Source of the DNA: Callorhinchus milii
Taxonomy: Eukaryota
Reading direction: 5' to 3'
Length of the DNA: 64,000 bases
Assembly: GCF_018977255.1 (NCBI RefSeq)
Contig: NW_024704743.1
Coordinates: 13,952,001-14,016,000, forward strand
Shown here: positions 48,461 to 60,520 of the stretch, piece by piece
How positions within the stretch are numbered: position 1 is the stretch's first letter
How the letters are laid out: every line of letters starts with the position of its first letter
The notes under the pieces: model-generated
The model's input: the letters and a program-made list of their open reading frames with translations, nothing else
Told to the model about the DNA's origin: nothing
The model's database searches: none
Made by a program: the position numbers and the translations under genes

Positions 48461-50480
48461 AGAGGGACTCACAGAGAGTCACAGAGAGACAGAGACACAG
48501 GGAGAGAGAGAGAGGGTCTGAGAGACACAGGGACAGAGAGACACAGGGACAGAGATAGACAGGGAGACACAGGGACAGAGACACAGGGACAGAGAGACAG
48601 GGACAGAGAGACACAGGGACAGAGAGACACAGGGACAGAGAGACAGGGACAGAGAGACACAGGGACAGAGACACAGGGACAGAGACACAGGGACAGAGAG
48701 ACACAGGGACAGAGAGACAGGGACAGAGAGACACAGGGACAGAGAGACAGGGACAGAGAGACACAGGGACAGAGAAACACAGGGACAGAGAGACACAGGG
48801 ACAGAGAAACACAGGGACAGAGAGACACAGGGACAGAGATAGACAGGGAGACACAGGGACAGAGACACAGGGACAGAGAGACAGGGACAGAGAGACACAG
48901 GGACAGAGAGACACAGGGACAGAGAGACAGAGAGACAGGGACAGAGAGACAGGGACAGAGAGACAGGGACAGAGAGACACAGGGACAGAGAGACACAGGG
49001 ACAGAGAGTCACGGGGACAGAGAGACACAAAGTCACAGACAGAGAGACACAGAGACACAGGGACAGAGAGTCACAGGGACAGAGAGACACAGAATCACGG
49101 ACAGAGACACACAGGGACAGAGAGACACACAGGGAGGCCCGGGGAGGGACATAGACACAGGGTCTGAGAAACTCACAGAGTGTCAGGGACACGGAGTGTC
49201 AGGGACACAGGGTGTCAGGGACACAGGGTGTCAGGGACACGGTGTCAGGGACACAGGGTGTCAGGGTCACTGAGGGAGACAGAGTCACTGAGAAGGACAG
49301 AGGGACTCACAGAGAGTCACAGAGAGACAGAGACACAGGGAGAGAGAGAGAGGGTCTGAGAGACACAGGGACAGAGAGACACAGGGACAGAGATAGACAG
49401 GGAGACACAGGGACAGAGACACAAGGACAGAGAGACAGGGACAGAGAGACACAGGGACAGAGAGACACAGGGACAGTGACACAGGGACAGAGACACAGGG
49501 ACAGAGAGTCACAGGGACAGAGAGACACAGGGACAGAGACACAGGGACAGAGAGACACAGGGACAGGGACAGAGAGACACAGGGACAGAGAGACACAGGG
49601 ACAGAGAGACACAGGGACAGAGACACAGGGACAGAGAGACACAGGGACAGAGAGACACAGGGACAGAGAAACACAGGGACAGAGAGACACAGGGACAGAG
49701 AAACACAGGGACAGAGAGACACAGGGACAGAGAGACACAGGGACAGAGACACAGGGACAGAGAGACAGGGACAGAGAGACACAGGGACAGAGAGACACAG
49801 GGACAGAGAGACACAGAGAGACACAGGGACAGAGAGTCACGGGGACAGAGAGACACAGGGACAGAGACACAGGGACAGAGACACAGGGACAGAGACACAG
49901 GGACAGAGAGAGACAGGGACAGAGAGACACAGAGAGACACAGGAACAGAGAGTCACGGGGACAGAGAGACACAGGGACAGAGACACAGGGACAGAGACAC
50001 AGGGACAGAGAGAGACAGGGACAGAGAGTCACAGGGACAGAGAGACACAGGAACAGAGAGTCACGGGGACAGAGAGACACAAAGTCACGGACAGAGAGAC
50101 ACAGAGAGACACAGGGACAGAGAGTCACAGGGACAGAGAGACACAGAATCACGGACAGAGAGACACAGGGACAGAGGGACACGGGGACAGAGAGTCACAG
50201 GGACAGAGAGACACACAGGGACAGAGAGACACACAGGGAGGCCCGGGGAGGGACATAGACACAGGGTCTGAGAAACTCACAGAGTGTCAGGGACACAGAG
50301 TGTCAGGGACACAGGGTGTCAGGGACACAGGGTGTCAGGGACACGGTGTCAGGGACACAGGGTGTCAGGGTCACTGAGGGAGACAGAGTCACTGAGAAGG
50401 ACAGGGTCACTGAGAGGGACAGGGTCACTGAGAGACAGACACGGTCTGAGAGACAGACATGGTCTGAGAGACAGACACGG
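48461..50480. repeat. Tandem array of 14/16-mer gggacagagagacaca with a higher-order duplication
   Basis: Directly visible; unique marker gggaggcccggggagggacatag occurs twice (~49131 and ~50236). Confidence 0.95.
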
Positions 50481-50809
50481 TCTGAGAGACGCAGTGTATA
50501 CAGTCAAAGTCAAAGAGATACAGGGTGTGAGAGTCAGTGTGTACAGTGAATCACGGTGTGATGTTTGCAGAGAGATACCCACAGTATACAGTGAGTCAAG
50601 GTGTGAGAGTCGGGGTGTATAGAGAGAGACATACACTGTGTAATATAGTGACAAGAGTCAGGGCGTCGGAGAGTGTGAGAACCATGGGGTGCCGGAGAGG
50701 ACCAGTGTATAGTGAGAGACATACACTGTGTGTATACATAGTGACAGAGTCAGGGAGTGAAAGAGTCACAGAGTGATGTACACGGTGAGAGACACACAAT
50801 TTATATTAG

Positions 50810-52230
50810 CGTGAGACAGTGTGTGTATATAGTGAGAGAGTCAGCGTATATAGTGTGAGAGTCGCAGCGTATATAGTGAGAGTCACAGTGTATATAGTGA
50901 GAGACAGTATATAGTGAGTGAGTCACAGTGTATATATAGTGTGTATGACACAGTGTATATATTGTGTGAGTCAGCATATACAGTGTATGAGAGACTCACA
51001 GTGTATATAGTGTGTGAGACACAGTGTATAGTGTCAGAGAAACATTTGTGTGAGAGAGACACACTGTATAGAGAGACACAGGGTGATGTACACAGAGAGA
51101 TACACAGGATCATGTACACAGTGAGAGAGACACACAGGATCATGTACACAGTGAGAGAGACACACAGGATCATGTACACATTGAGGGACACACAGGATCA
51201 TGTAGACAGTGAGAGAGACACACAAAATCATGTACACAGTGAGAGAAACACAAAATGTACAGCGAGAGACACNAAAAAGTGTATAGTGTGAGATGCAGTG
51301 TAGTGTGAGAGACACTGTATAATGATAGACACATACAGTGTATAGTGTGAGAGACACAGAGTATAGTGAGAGAGACACAGAGTGTATAGTGAGAGATACA
51401 GAATGTATAGTGAGAGATACGCAGAGTACAGTGAGAGACACGCAGAGTATAGTGAGAGACAGAGCATATAGTGAGAGACGCAGAGTGTATAGTGAAAGAC
51501 GCAGAGTGTATAGTGAGAGAGACGCAGAGTGTATAGTGAGAGATACAGAGTGTATAGTGAGAGACACGCAGAGTACAGTGAGAGACACGCAGAGTATAGT
51601 GAGAGACAGAGTGTATAGTGAGAGACACACAGAGTGTATAGTGAGAGAGACGCAGAGTGTATAGTGAGAGACACAGAGTGTATAGTGAGAGACACAGAGT
51701 GTATAGTGAGAGACACAGAGTGTATAGTGAGAGACACAGAGTGTATAGTGAGAGACACGCAGAGTATAGTGAGAGACACGCAGAGTATAGTGAGAGACAC
51801 ACAGAATATAGTGAGAGACGCAGAGTGTATAGTGAGAGACACGCAGAGTGTATAGTGAGAGACACAGAGTGTATAGTGAGAGACACACAGAGTATAGTGA
51901 GACACACAGAGTGTACAGTGAGAGACGCAGAGTGTATAGTGAGAGACACACAGAGTGTATAGTGAGAGACACAGAGTGTATAGTGAGAGACACACAGAGT
52001 ATAGTGAGAGACACACAGAGTGTATAGTGAGAGACACAGAGTGTATAGTGAGAGACACAGAGTATAGTGAGAGACACGCAGAGTGTATAGTGTGAGAGAG
52101 ACACGTAGGGTGTATAGTGTGAGAGAGACACGCAGGGTGTATAGTGAGAGACACGCAGGGTGTATAGTGAGAGAGACCATCAGAGTGTGTATATAGTGTG
52201 AGAGTCACACAGTGTATATAATGTGAGTCA
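50810..52230. repeat. Tandem array of ~21-mer gtgtatagtgagagacacaga, plus a short 30-mer block (acacacaggatcatgtacacagtgagagag) at ~51100-51245
   Basis: Directly visible; contains an N at 51273. Confidence 0.93.
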
Positions 52231-53099
52231 TACTATATATTGAGTACTGTACTGTATATAGAGTGAAAATGCACAGAAATAGAGAGAATACACACAGTGT
52301 ATAGTGTGAGAGTGCGTGAGCTTGTGTATGTACAGAGAGAGAGCGTATACACAGAGAGTGTATACGCACAGAGTGTGTGGTTTATACGACTTATGTAAAG
52401 TTATGTATAAATTGGATTTTATATGACTTGCACATAACAAATACAAGTACTGTACCGGCTGTTGACATTAAGGAAAAATTTCTGTTCTAAGTTTAAGCCT
52501 GCAAATTAAACATTCCCCCCCATTCAGCGTTAGGCTCCGCCACTGGTAAGCGCTTCGAGACGCTGCCTCGCGTGAAGGCTGCTATAGAAATGCAAGTCGT
52601 TGTTGTTCTTTCCATATATAGGACTGCACAGTACTGTACCTCATGTGCAGAAAACATTTACTGTACAATGAATGGCACAACCAAACTGGTTTCAAAACAG
52701 AGCTCTCCAAGTGAGCAGGCGTTCCCCGCTCCCTCAGTCATAATGTGACAGGTGACCCTCTTATGCTCATTCCTCTCTGAGCACCCCCCCCCCCCCTCAC
52801 TCCCACCCACCGCTGTCATACATAATGACGTTGATGCCCCCAGGAGGGAGGGAGGGCACAGAGAGTGTTGAGGAGTGCGTATTCCGGTTGAGGTAGGAGT
52901 GGGAAACAAAGTTTTGACCCTGCAGCTGGTGAGTATGGTAGCGGCAAGTGGATAGCGTTTCGATTTGCATGGTGGTTAATATGACTAGTGCATAAAAATT
53001 TATGTGGATTTAATAGGAAATTGAATGGGACCCGGATGGATGTACAACTTGGGCAATTAAACGATTTACACAGATATGCGAGTTTTACATATATACAAT

Positions 53100-53683
53100 G
53101 TGAAAGAGAGAGGATCACCAGCAGAGGGAGGGAGAGAGTGAATATAATATACCGAGCGAGAATATAGAGCGTGCGAGAGAGAGAAACAGGGCAATATACA
53201 CAGAGTGAATATATAGTGTGTGCGAGAGAGAGAAACAGAGTAATATATGCAGAGCGAGTATGTAGAGTGTGCAAGAGAGAGAAATGGCAATATACACAGA
53301 GTGAGTATATAGAGGTGCGAGAGAGAGAAACGGTAATATACACAGTGAATATATAGAAACCTTGGGCAAGTTCCCTTACTCCACACGCCTAATAATAATC
53401 CCTCCAAAACCAAAACCAATAATAAATTGGTCATTTTCAATCTACGACTGTTTGTGGGACATTGCTGTGCGCAATTGGCTGCCGCGTCTGCCCACAAATA
53501 TACAGTCAATTCACTTTACAGTGTGTTCTGTGAAGCGCTTTGGGACGTTCTCCCGACGCGAAAAGCGCTATATTAAATGCAAGGATTATTATTATTATTA
53601 TAGAGTGTGCGAGAGAAACAGTGTAATATACACAAAGTGAGTATATAGTGTGTGCGAGAGAGAGAAACAGGGTAATATACACA
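53100..53683. repeat. Degenerate ~50-bp tandem repeat (gagagagaaacagggtaatatacacagagcgagtatata), left part
   Basis: Same unit resumes at 56977 after the CR1; interrupted by a SINE at 53358-53599. Confidence 0.8.
53358..53599 (+). mobile_element. SINE, 5'-truncated young copy (short subtype)
   Basis: Near-identical to the reverse complement of 29630-29885. Confidence 0.92.
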
Positions 53684-53713
53684 AATAATAATAATAATAT
53701 TATTATTATTATT

Positions 53714-56700
53714 CGAGCCTGCCCCGCCATTCAATCATGGCTGATCCCCATATCCCTTAATCCCTTTTGCAATAAGAAATCTATCTATCTCAGTCTTGAA
53801 TATGTTCAAGGACTGAGCGTCAACAGCCCTTTGGGGTAGTGAGTTCCATACATTCACCACTGAGTTCAAGTTCTTCCTCAACTCAGTGTGAAAGGGCTGG
53901 CCTCTGATTTTAAGGTTGTGACCCCTGGTTTTAGTTTCTCTAACCAGGGGAAACAATCTCCCACTATCTATTCTATGCCCGGTAATGATCTTATAAGTTT
54001 CTATAAGATCCCCTCTAATTCTTCTATATTCTAGAGAATATAGGCCCAAATTGGTCAGCCTATCCTCGTAACTCATCCCCTTCATCCCTGGTACTAACCC
54101 AGTAAATCTACGCTGCACCCCCTCCAAGGCAAGTACATCCTTCCTTAAATGAGGAGACAAAAACTGGACACAGTATTCCAGGTGTGGTCTCACCAGGGCC
54201 CTATACAGTTGCAGCAAGACTTCCCTACTCTTATACTCTAATCCTTTCATAATGAATGCTAACATACCGTTCGCCTTCCTAATTGCTGCTGCACCTGCAG
54301 ACTAACTTTGTGTGATTGGTGTACAAGGACACCCAAGTCCCTCTGGACGCTAACACATTCCAATCTCTCCCCTTCTAAAAAATAACCCGCTCTACTGTTT
54401 TTGCTACCGAGGTGGATGACTTTGCACTTCCCTACATTATACTTCATCTGCCACTTACCTGCCCAATCACCTAACCTATCTATGTCTCGCCGCATTTTTT
54501 TAATGTCGTCCTCTGTGTTGACACTTCCTCCTAGTTTTGTGTCATCCGTGAATTTAGATATATTAACTTTGATGTCCTCATCTAGATCGTTGATGTAGAT
54601 GGTAAATAGCTGAGGCCCAAGGACTGATCCTTGTGGCACTCCACTAGTCACATCCCGCCAATCTGAAAAGGACCCGTTTATCCCTACTCTTTGTTTCCTA
54701 CCCGTTAACCATTCCCCAATCCACGTTAATATGCTCCCCCAATTCCATGGGCCCTTATCTTTTGGACTAACCTTTTATGCGGCACCTTATCGAATGCCTT
54801 CTGGAAGTCCAAATAGACCACATCCACTGATTCACCCTTATCTAGTTTACTCGAAATATCCTCAAAAAACTCTATGAGATTTGTCAAACATGACTTCCCT
54901 TTTGTAAAGCCATGTTGACTTGGCCTAATTATATTGTGCTCCCCTAAATACCGCACTACCACATCCTTAATCAATGATTCTAAAATTTTTCCTATCACTG
55001 ATGTGAGACTAACTGGCCTATAGTTCCCCATCTTTTCCTTTCCACCTTTTTTAAATAGTGGTGTGACATTTGCGATCTTCCAATCCATGGGGACTGTTCC
55101 AGAATCCACGGAATTTTGTAAGATCAGACATAACGCTTCTACTTTCTCATAAGCTACCTCTTTTAAAACCCTGGGATGCAAGCCATCCGGACCAGGGGAT
55201 TTGTCACTTTTTAGTGCTAACAGTTTCCCTAGCACCAATTCTCTACTAATGAAAATTTCCCTAAGTTGCTCCCTGTCCTTACCCTTTGGTGCATCTCTAT
55301 TGTTGGCAGACTTGTGTCTTCTAGGGTGAAGACAGATGCAAAGTACCCATTTAGGGACTCTGCCATGTCCTTATCCCCCATTACAACTTCTCCCGTCTCT
55401 GACTGAAGTGGACCTACATTTACCCTCACTAGCCTATTCCTTTTAATATATTTGTAAAAACTTTTACAATCAGACTTAATGTTCCTAGCTAGCTTACCCT
55501 CATATTCCTTTTTCTTGCTCCTGATTTTTTTTTTTTTGCTGGTTTGTAAAACTCTCCCAATCTTCAGATTTGCTGCTTTTCTTAGCAGTTTTATAAGCTT
55601 TTTCTTTTAATTTGATGCTTTCCCTAACTGCTCTAGTTAGCCACGGATGAATTGCTTTCCCTGTGGTACTCTTATTCCGCAAGGGAATATGCGACCGCTG
55701 AGAATTTTGCACTACATCCTTAAATATTTGCCACTGTTGGTCTACATTTTTACCTCTTAATCTTATTCTCCAGTCTATTTTACCTAAATCTTTCCTCATA
55801 CCTACAAAATTAGCCCTATTTAAATTCAGAATACTTGCCTCGGATTTAACTATATCCCTCTCTAACTTAATGCAGAATTCAATCATATTGTGATCACTCT
55901 GCCCTAGAGGATTCTTAATACCTACACTGCCAACTAGCCCTGTTTCGTTACACAAAACAAGGTCTAGGATGGCCTGTCCCCTAGTTGGTTCCTCGGCATG
56001 CTGCTCTAGAAAGTTATCTCTCATACACTCAATGAACTCTTCTTCTGACCTACTTTTGCCGATTTAGTTTTCCCAATCTATGTGGAGATTGAAATCACCC
56101 ACTATTATCACTTTACCTTTCTTACATGCTCCAATGATTTCTTGATTGATACCCTGTGCTATACTGTGATCGCTGTTTGGGGGTCTATAAACCACTCCTA
56201 TTAATATTTTCTGCCCTTTATTTTTTTTTATTTCCACCCATATTGTCTCGACCTCCTGGTCATCGGATTTCAGATCCTTCCTCTCCACTGCTTTTGTATC
56301 ATCCCTAATTAACAGGGCTACAACCCCCACCTCTTTTCCCACTGTGCCTATCTTTCCTGTAAACTGAGAACACTGGAATATTTAACTCCCACCCTAGATC
56401 TCCTTGTAACCATGTTTCAGTGATGGCTACTAGATCATACCCATGTGTCTACCTGTGCTTTTAATTCATCAGTTTTATTCCGAATGCTTCGCGCATTCAG
56501 GTATAACATTTTTAATTTCCTCTACTCTCTGATTCCTTATCTACTTTACCAAGCTTCTTACCCCTAGTTAACATCTTCCTATTATCTGGCATGCTATTCT
56601 GCAGTGTCATCTTTACTTTTTCTAATGCTAACTTATGGTTTCTCTTACCTATATATTCCCCCCCTTTACTAATTTAAATTCCTATTTATTTCCCTGTTAA

Positions 56701-56976
56701 TTCGTTTAGCTAGGACATTTGTTCCAGCACGATTTAAATTCAGCCCTTTTCTCTGAAAGAGCTCTCTTTTCCTCCAATGCTCGTGTCGATGGCCATAAAA
56801 AGAAACCCCTGAGTTCCGCACCACTCTTTTAACCATGCGTTCAAGTCCTTAATTTGTTTGTTCCTGTACCAATTGTCGTATGGTACAGGCAGTAATCCCG
56901 ATATTATCACCTTCGATGATCTCAACTTCAATTTGGACCCCAGCTCTTCGAATTCTCTTCTCAAGTCATCTTGGCC
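53714..56976 (-). mobile_element. CR1-clade LINE, 5'-truncated and frameshifted (ORF1 esterase C-terminus, ORF2 APE endonuclease + reverse transcriptase)
   Basis: ORF1-like KVIISGLLPVP...LNAWLKEWC; APE motifs GVVYRPP, IVGDFN, ILDLVL, SDHN; RT motifs YRPVSLTS, QHGF, YLDFQKAFDKVPH, GVPQGSVLGP, FTDDTKL; C-terminal RPHLEYCVQF and TRGH; split over several ORFs. Confidence 0.96.
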
Positions 56977-57330
56977 ATATAGAGTGTGCGAGAGAGAGAA
57001 ATAGGGTAACATACACAGAGCGAGTATATAGAGTGAGCGAGAGAGAGAAACAGGGTAATATACACAGAGCGAGTATATAGAGCGAAAGAAATAGGGTAAT
57101 ATACACAGAGCGAATATATAGAGTGAGCGAGAGAGAGAAACAGGGTGATATACACAGAGCGAGTATATAGAAGACGTGTGAGAGTTGGGCAAAACACAGG
57201 GTGATGTACACAGTGAGACAGAGACAGTGTGAGAGAGGGTCACCGGCAGAGTGCGAGATAGCGAGAGAGAAAATGAGAGAAATGGAATAATATAAACAGA
57301 GAGCACATATATAGAGTGTGTGAGAGTGAG
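56977..57330. repeat. Same ~50-bp tandem repeat, right part
   Basis: Units gagagagagaaacagggtaatatacacagagcgagtatata visible. Confidence 0.8.
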
Positions 57331-57607
57331 AAATGCGTCCCAAGGCATGTCCCAGCGATTTCAGTGATTTCATGCTTTCACAATTTTACTGAAAATTTCA
57401 GGGATTTTGTGAGCTGTTTACTGAGCTGTTTAAAAAGCTGCTACACCTGGAGACAACATGGCTGTCCTCATCCCAGCAGTGGACAGGGATAGAGGGGATC
57501 CCAGGAACATCCTTGGTGCTATCATTATGTTGAGGATGAAAAAAACATTGATTTTCATGTTATTTATTTGTTGATAATGCTAACAAGTATCAATTTCAGT
57601 GATTTCA

Positions 57608-57932
57608 AGAGTCCTGTAGCTCAATAGTTAGAGCACTCACCTCGCATACGAGAGACCTGGGTTCGAACATTGGGCAAGTTTCCTTACTCCACACGCCTCT
57701 GTTTACCTAGCAGCAAGTAGGATCCCGGTTGTTAGTTGATCGGCGGATCGCTTTTCCAGGGCCACTCAATCCACAATTGTTTGTGGGACACTGCTGTTCA
57801 CAACTGGCTGCTGCATTTCGTCCACAAAATATACAGTCAATTAACTTTAAAGTTATTCTGTGAAGCGCTTTGAGACATCTCGAAGACGAAATAAAGTGCT
57901 ATATCAAATGCAAGGATTATTATTTATTATTA
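57608..57932 (+). mobile_element. tRNA-derived SINE (long subtype)
   Basis: A-box tagctcaatagttag, B-box ggttcgaac, Deu segment, tail. Confidence 0.9.
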
Positions 57933-58717
57933 CTTCATGGTTTCACAATTGTACTGAAAATTTCAGGGATTTCACAAAATCCTTGGTTACACAACTTTAC
58001 TGTAATGTATATATATATAGAGAGAGTGTGTATACAGTGTGTATGTGTTGTGAATGTGTGTGTTAGAGAGAGAGAGGCTATAGGGAGACTGCATACAGAG
58101 TGTATACAAGGAGAGTAGAGAGACGCAGTAAGGTTAAGGTGTACACACAGAGAGACATAGCGAGGATGTATACATAGAGAGACATAGCTAGGATATCTGC
58201 AGAGAGACCTTGAAACTGGTGGAAGCTTAATCCCTCCTTCCCCCCCCACCCCCATGGATCTCCATTCTCAGCCTTAACAACTGACCCATTCCTCTCCAGA
58301 TCTGTGTAGAAAAAGAGAACAAAGCTTGGCACCTCTCAGACAGTCACTCTCTCAGTTACAACCAAGTTCTTATATATTTACACGTGTAAATGTGTCTGTT
58401 CATAAATGTGCATATATGTATACAGTATATTTGTGTGTGTGTGTATGTATTTATATAAGTGTATGTGTGCGTGTGTGTACATATATGTGTGTAACCAGCA
58501 GAGGGTGTCATTCACTTACTCTGTGTGTGCGTGAGTGTAAGCCAGAGAGAGACCAGCAGAAGGTGGAGGATGTTCCTCACACAGCTGCCAGCAATCCCCT
58601 CAAAAATTGGACAGTCACTTTGTGGCTATTTGTGGGACATTTCTGTACAATTTGGCTGCCGCAATAAATACATAGTCACTACATTTTCGAGGAAAAAACA
58701 GAGAAATTGTTCCCAGC

Positions 58718-58951
58718 GGGGCGAAACCTTGGCCAAGTTTCCTTACTCCACACGCCTGATAATCATCCCTAAAAAAAATATTAATTTAGTCACTCAATCC
58801 ACGACTATTTGTGGACACTGCTGTGCGCAGTTGGCTGCTGCGTTTTGCCCACAAATATACAGTCAATTCACTTTACAGTATATTCTGTGAAGCGCTTTGA
58901 TACGTCTATAAGATGTGAAAAACACTATATCATATGCAAGGATTATTATTA
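58718..58951 (+). mobile_element. SINE, 5'-truncated
   Basis: Same body and tail as other copies. Confidence 0.88.
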
Positions 58952-59017
58952 TCAAATTGAAGGTTTATTATTTACCCAGTTGACATAAGTAAAATTATGT
59001 TATATTATGTTATCATT

Positions 59018-59335
59018 GGAGTCCTGTAGCTCAGTGGTTAGAACACTCGCCTTACAAGCGAGACACCTGGGTTCAATTCCAGGCAGGGCGAAAACCTGGG
59101 CAGTTTCCTTACTCTACACGCCTAATAATAATCCCTCCAAAACAAAAGAATAATAAATTGGTCACTTCAATCCACGACTGTTTGTGGGACACTGCTGTAC
59201 GCAATTGGCTGCCCCATTTTGCCCACAAATATACAGTCAATTCACTTTACAGCATATTTCTGTGAAGCGCTTTGAGATGTCGAGAAGACATGAAAAGCGC
59301 TATATCAAATGCAAGATTATTATTATTATTATTAT
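59018..59335 (+). mobile_element. tRNA-derived SINE, full-length (short subtype)
   Basis: Head, A/B boxes, Deu segment, (att)n tail. Confidence 0.92.
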
Positions 59336-60064
59336 CATAATGGCTGTTTCAGCTGAAGAAAACTATATGATTTTCATTCTGTAAGTTGGATTCTGACATT
59401 ATCACATCTGAAACTATGTTTTTGCATTTTACCAACTCCTTCATGTGTCTGAAATGAATTAAGGGGTTCAGTAACTCCTTATCCATGCAAATCATTGCTA
59501 TTTTTACGTTGGGCAATACAAATTACTGTTTCACCAAGAAGAATCTACTCTGGATACAATTCCCAAATCAGTCTTTCTAAAGCATTTACAGAGCTCTGCA
59601 GAAGCACTAACCAATGTCAGATGTATAAATGTAGCACAATGAATGGGCGATTATCAGCAAAGGTGGAACGGTATTTGGGTGTGATTGTCAACAGGCTGCG
59701 CCTATGATTCACAACCACAGAGGTGCATTAACTCTGATTTGACATAAGTACCAGGCCAGTGATATTAGGTTGCTTGTCATGGGGCTCACATCTATATAAT
59801 CAAAACATGCAATACGATCCTTATGAAAAAGTCTTTTCCACTGACCACCAGGCCATCAGCAAAGAAAACTCGAGTGTGAAAAATGGATGTGTTTTTCAAA
59901 TGCAGAGATGAGGTTTGTTGGATGTAACAATATGCAGAAATATGAATTGATGCCTATGCATAGGAAAGGATCAGTGCACGAAATGGAACCAAGAATTAAT
60001 GCATAAGGAGACAAGGATTAATGTATGTATAGAGACAAATGATTGGGATATGTATGGCAGTAAG

Positions 60065-60520
60065 GATAATAATAATAGTTCTTGCATTTGACATAGCATC
60101 TTTTAGGTAGTGAGGACATCTCAAAGTGCTTTATAGGATTTACTGTAAAATGTAGTGACTGTATTTTATAAACATGCCAGCCAATTTGCCATAGCAATGT
60201 CCCGCAGACAGCAACGTCCCACAAATGGCCGTATAGTGAGTGACCAATTTTATTTGGGGGATTTTTTGGCCAAAACACTGGGATAAACTTTTTTTTCATA
60301 TATGAGAAGGGATGTTTAATGTCCACCTGAATAGGCAAATGGGACCTTGGTTTAACGTCTTATCCAAAGCAATGCAGCAACTTCCTAACAATACAGCACA
60401 CCCCCAGAACTGCATTGGAGTGTCAGCTTATACTGTGATCCCAAATCCCAATGTGGGACTTAAACCATGATCTTCTGACTGAAAGATGAGAGTGCTACGA
60501 ACTGAGTTAGATTGACACCA
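60065..60520 (-). mobile_element. Older full-length Deu-domain tRNA-SINE (SacSINE1-like)
   Basis: tRNA-like head at ~60440-60520, gtccacctgaataggc...gtttaacgtct body, L2-type tail. Confidence 0.8.

Noticed and set aside
51273..51273. Single N inside the array
   Set aside because: Assembly ambiguity rather than biology, but it means array length here is uncertain
46639..52208. Many long ORFs (up to 365 aa) with [22 protein letters not shown] and SHYTLCV repeats
   Set aside because: They are translations of stop-poor tandem repeats, open in several frames on both strands; no evidence of coding function
46909..52230. CRISPR-like periodicity
   Set aside because: No unique spacers, no cas genes, eukaryotic context; simple tandem arrays
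56740..57348. 202-aa ORF appearing to fuse a hydrophobic N-terminus to an esterase
   Set aside because: Chance read-through from tandem repeat into the truncated CR1 ORF1
59018..59090. tRNA gene-like sequences (also at 29890-29959, 57608, 63801)
   Set aside because: They are SINE heads continuing into a shared body and tail, without a proper acceptor stem
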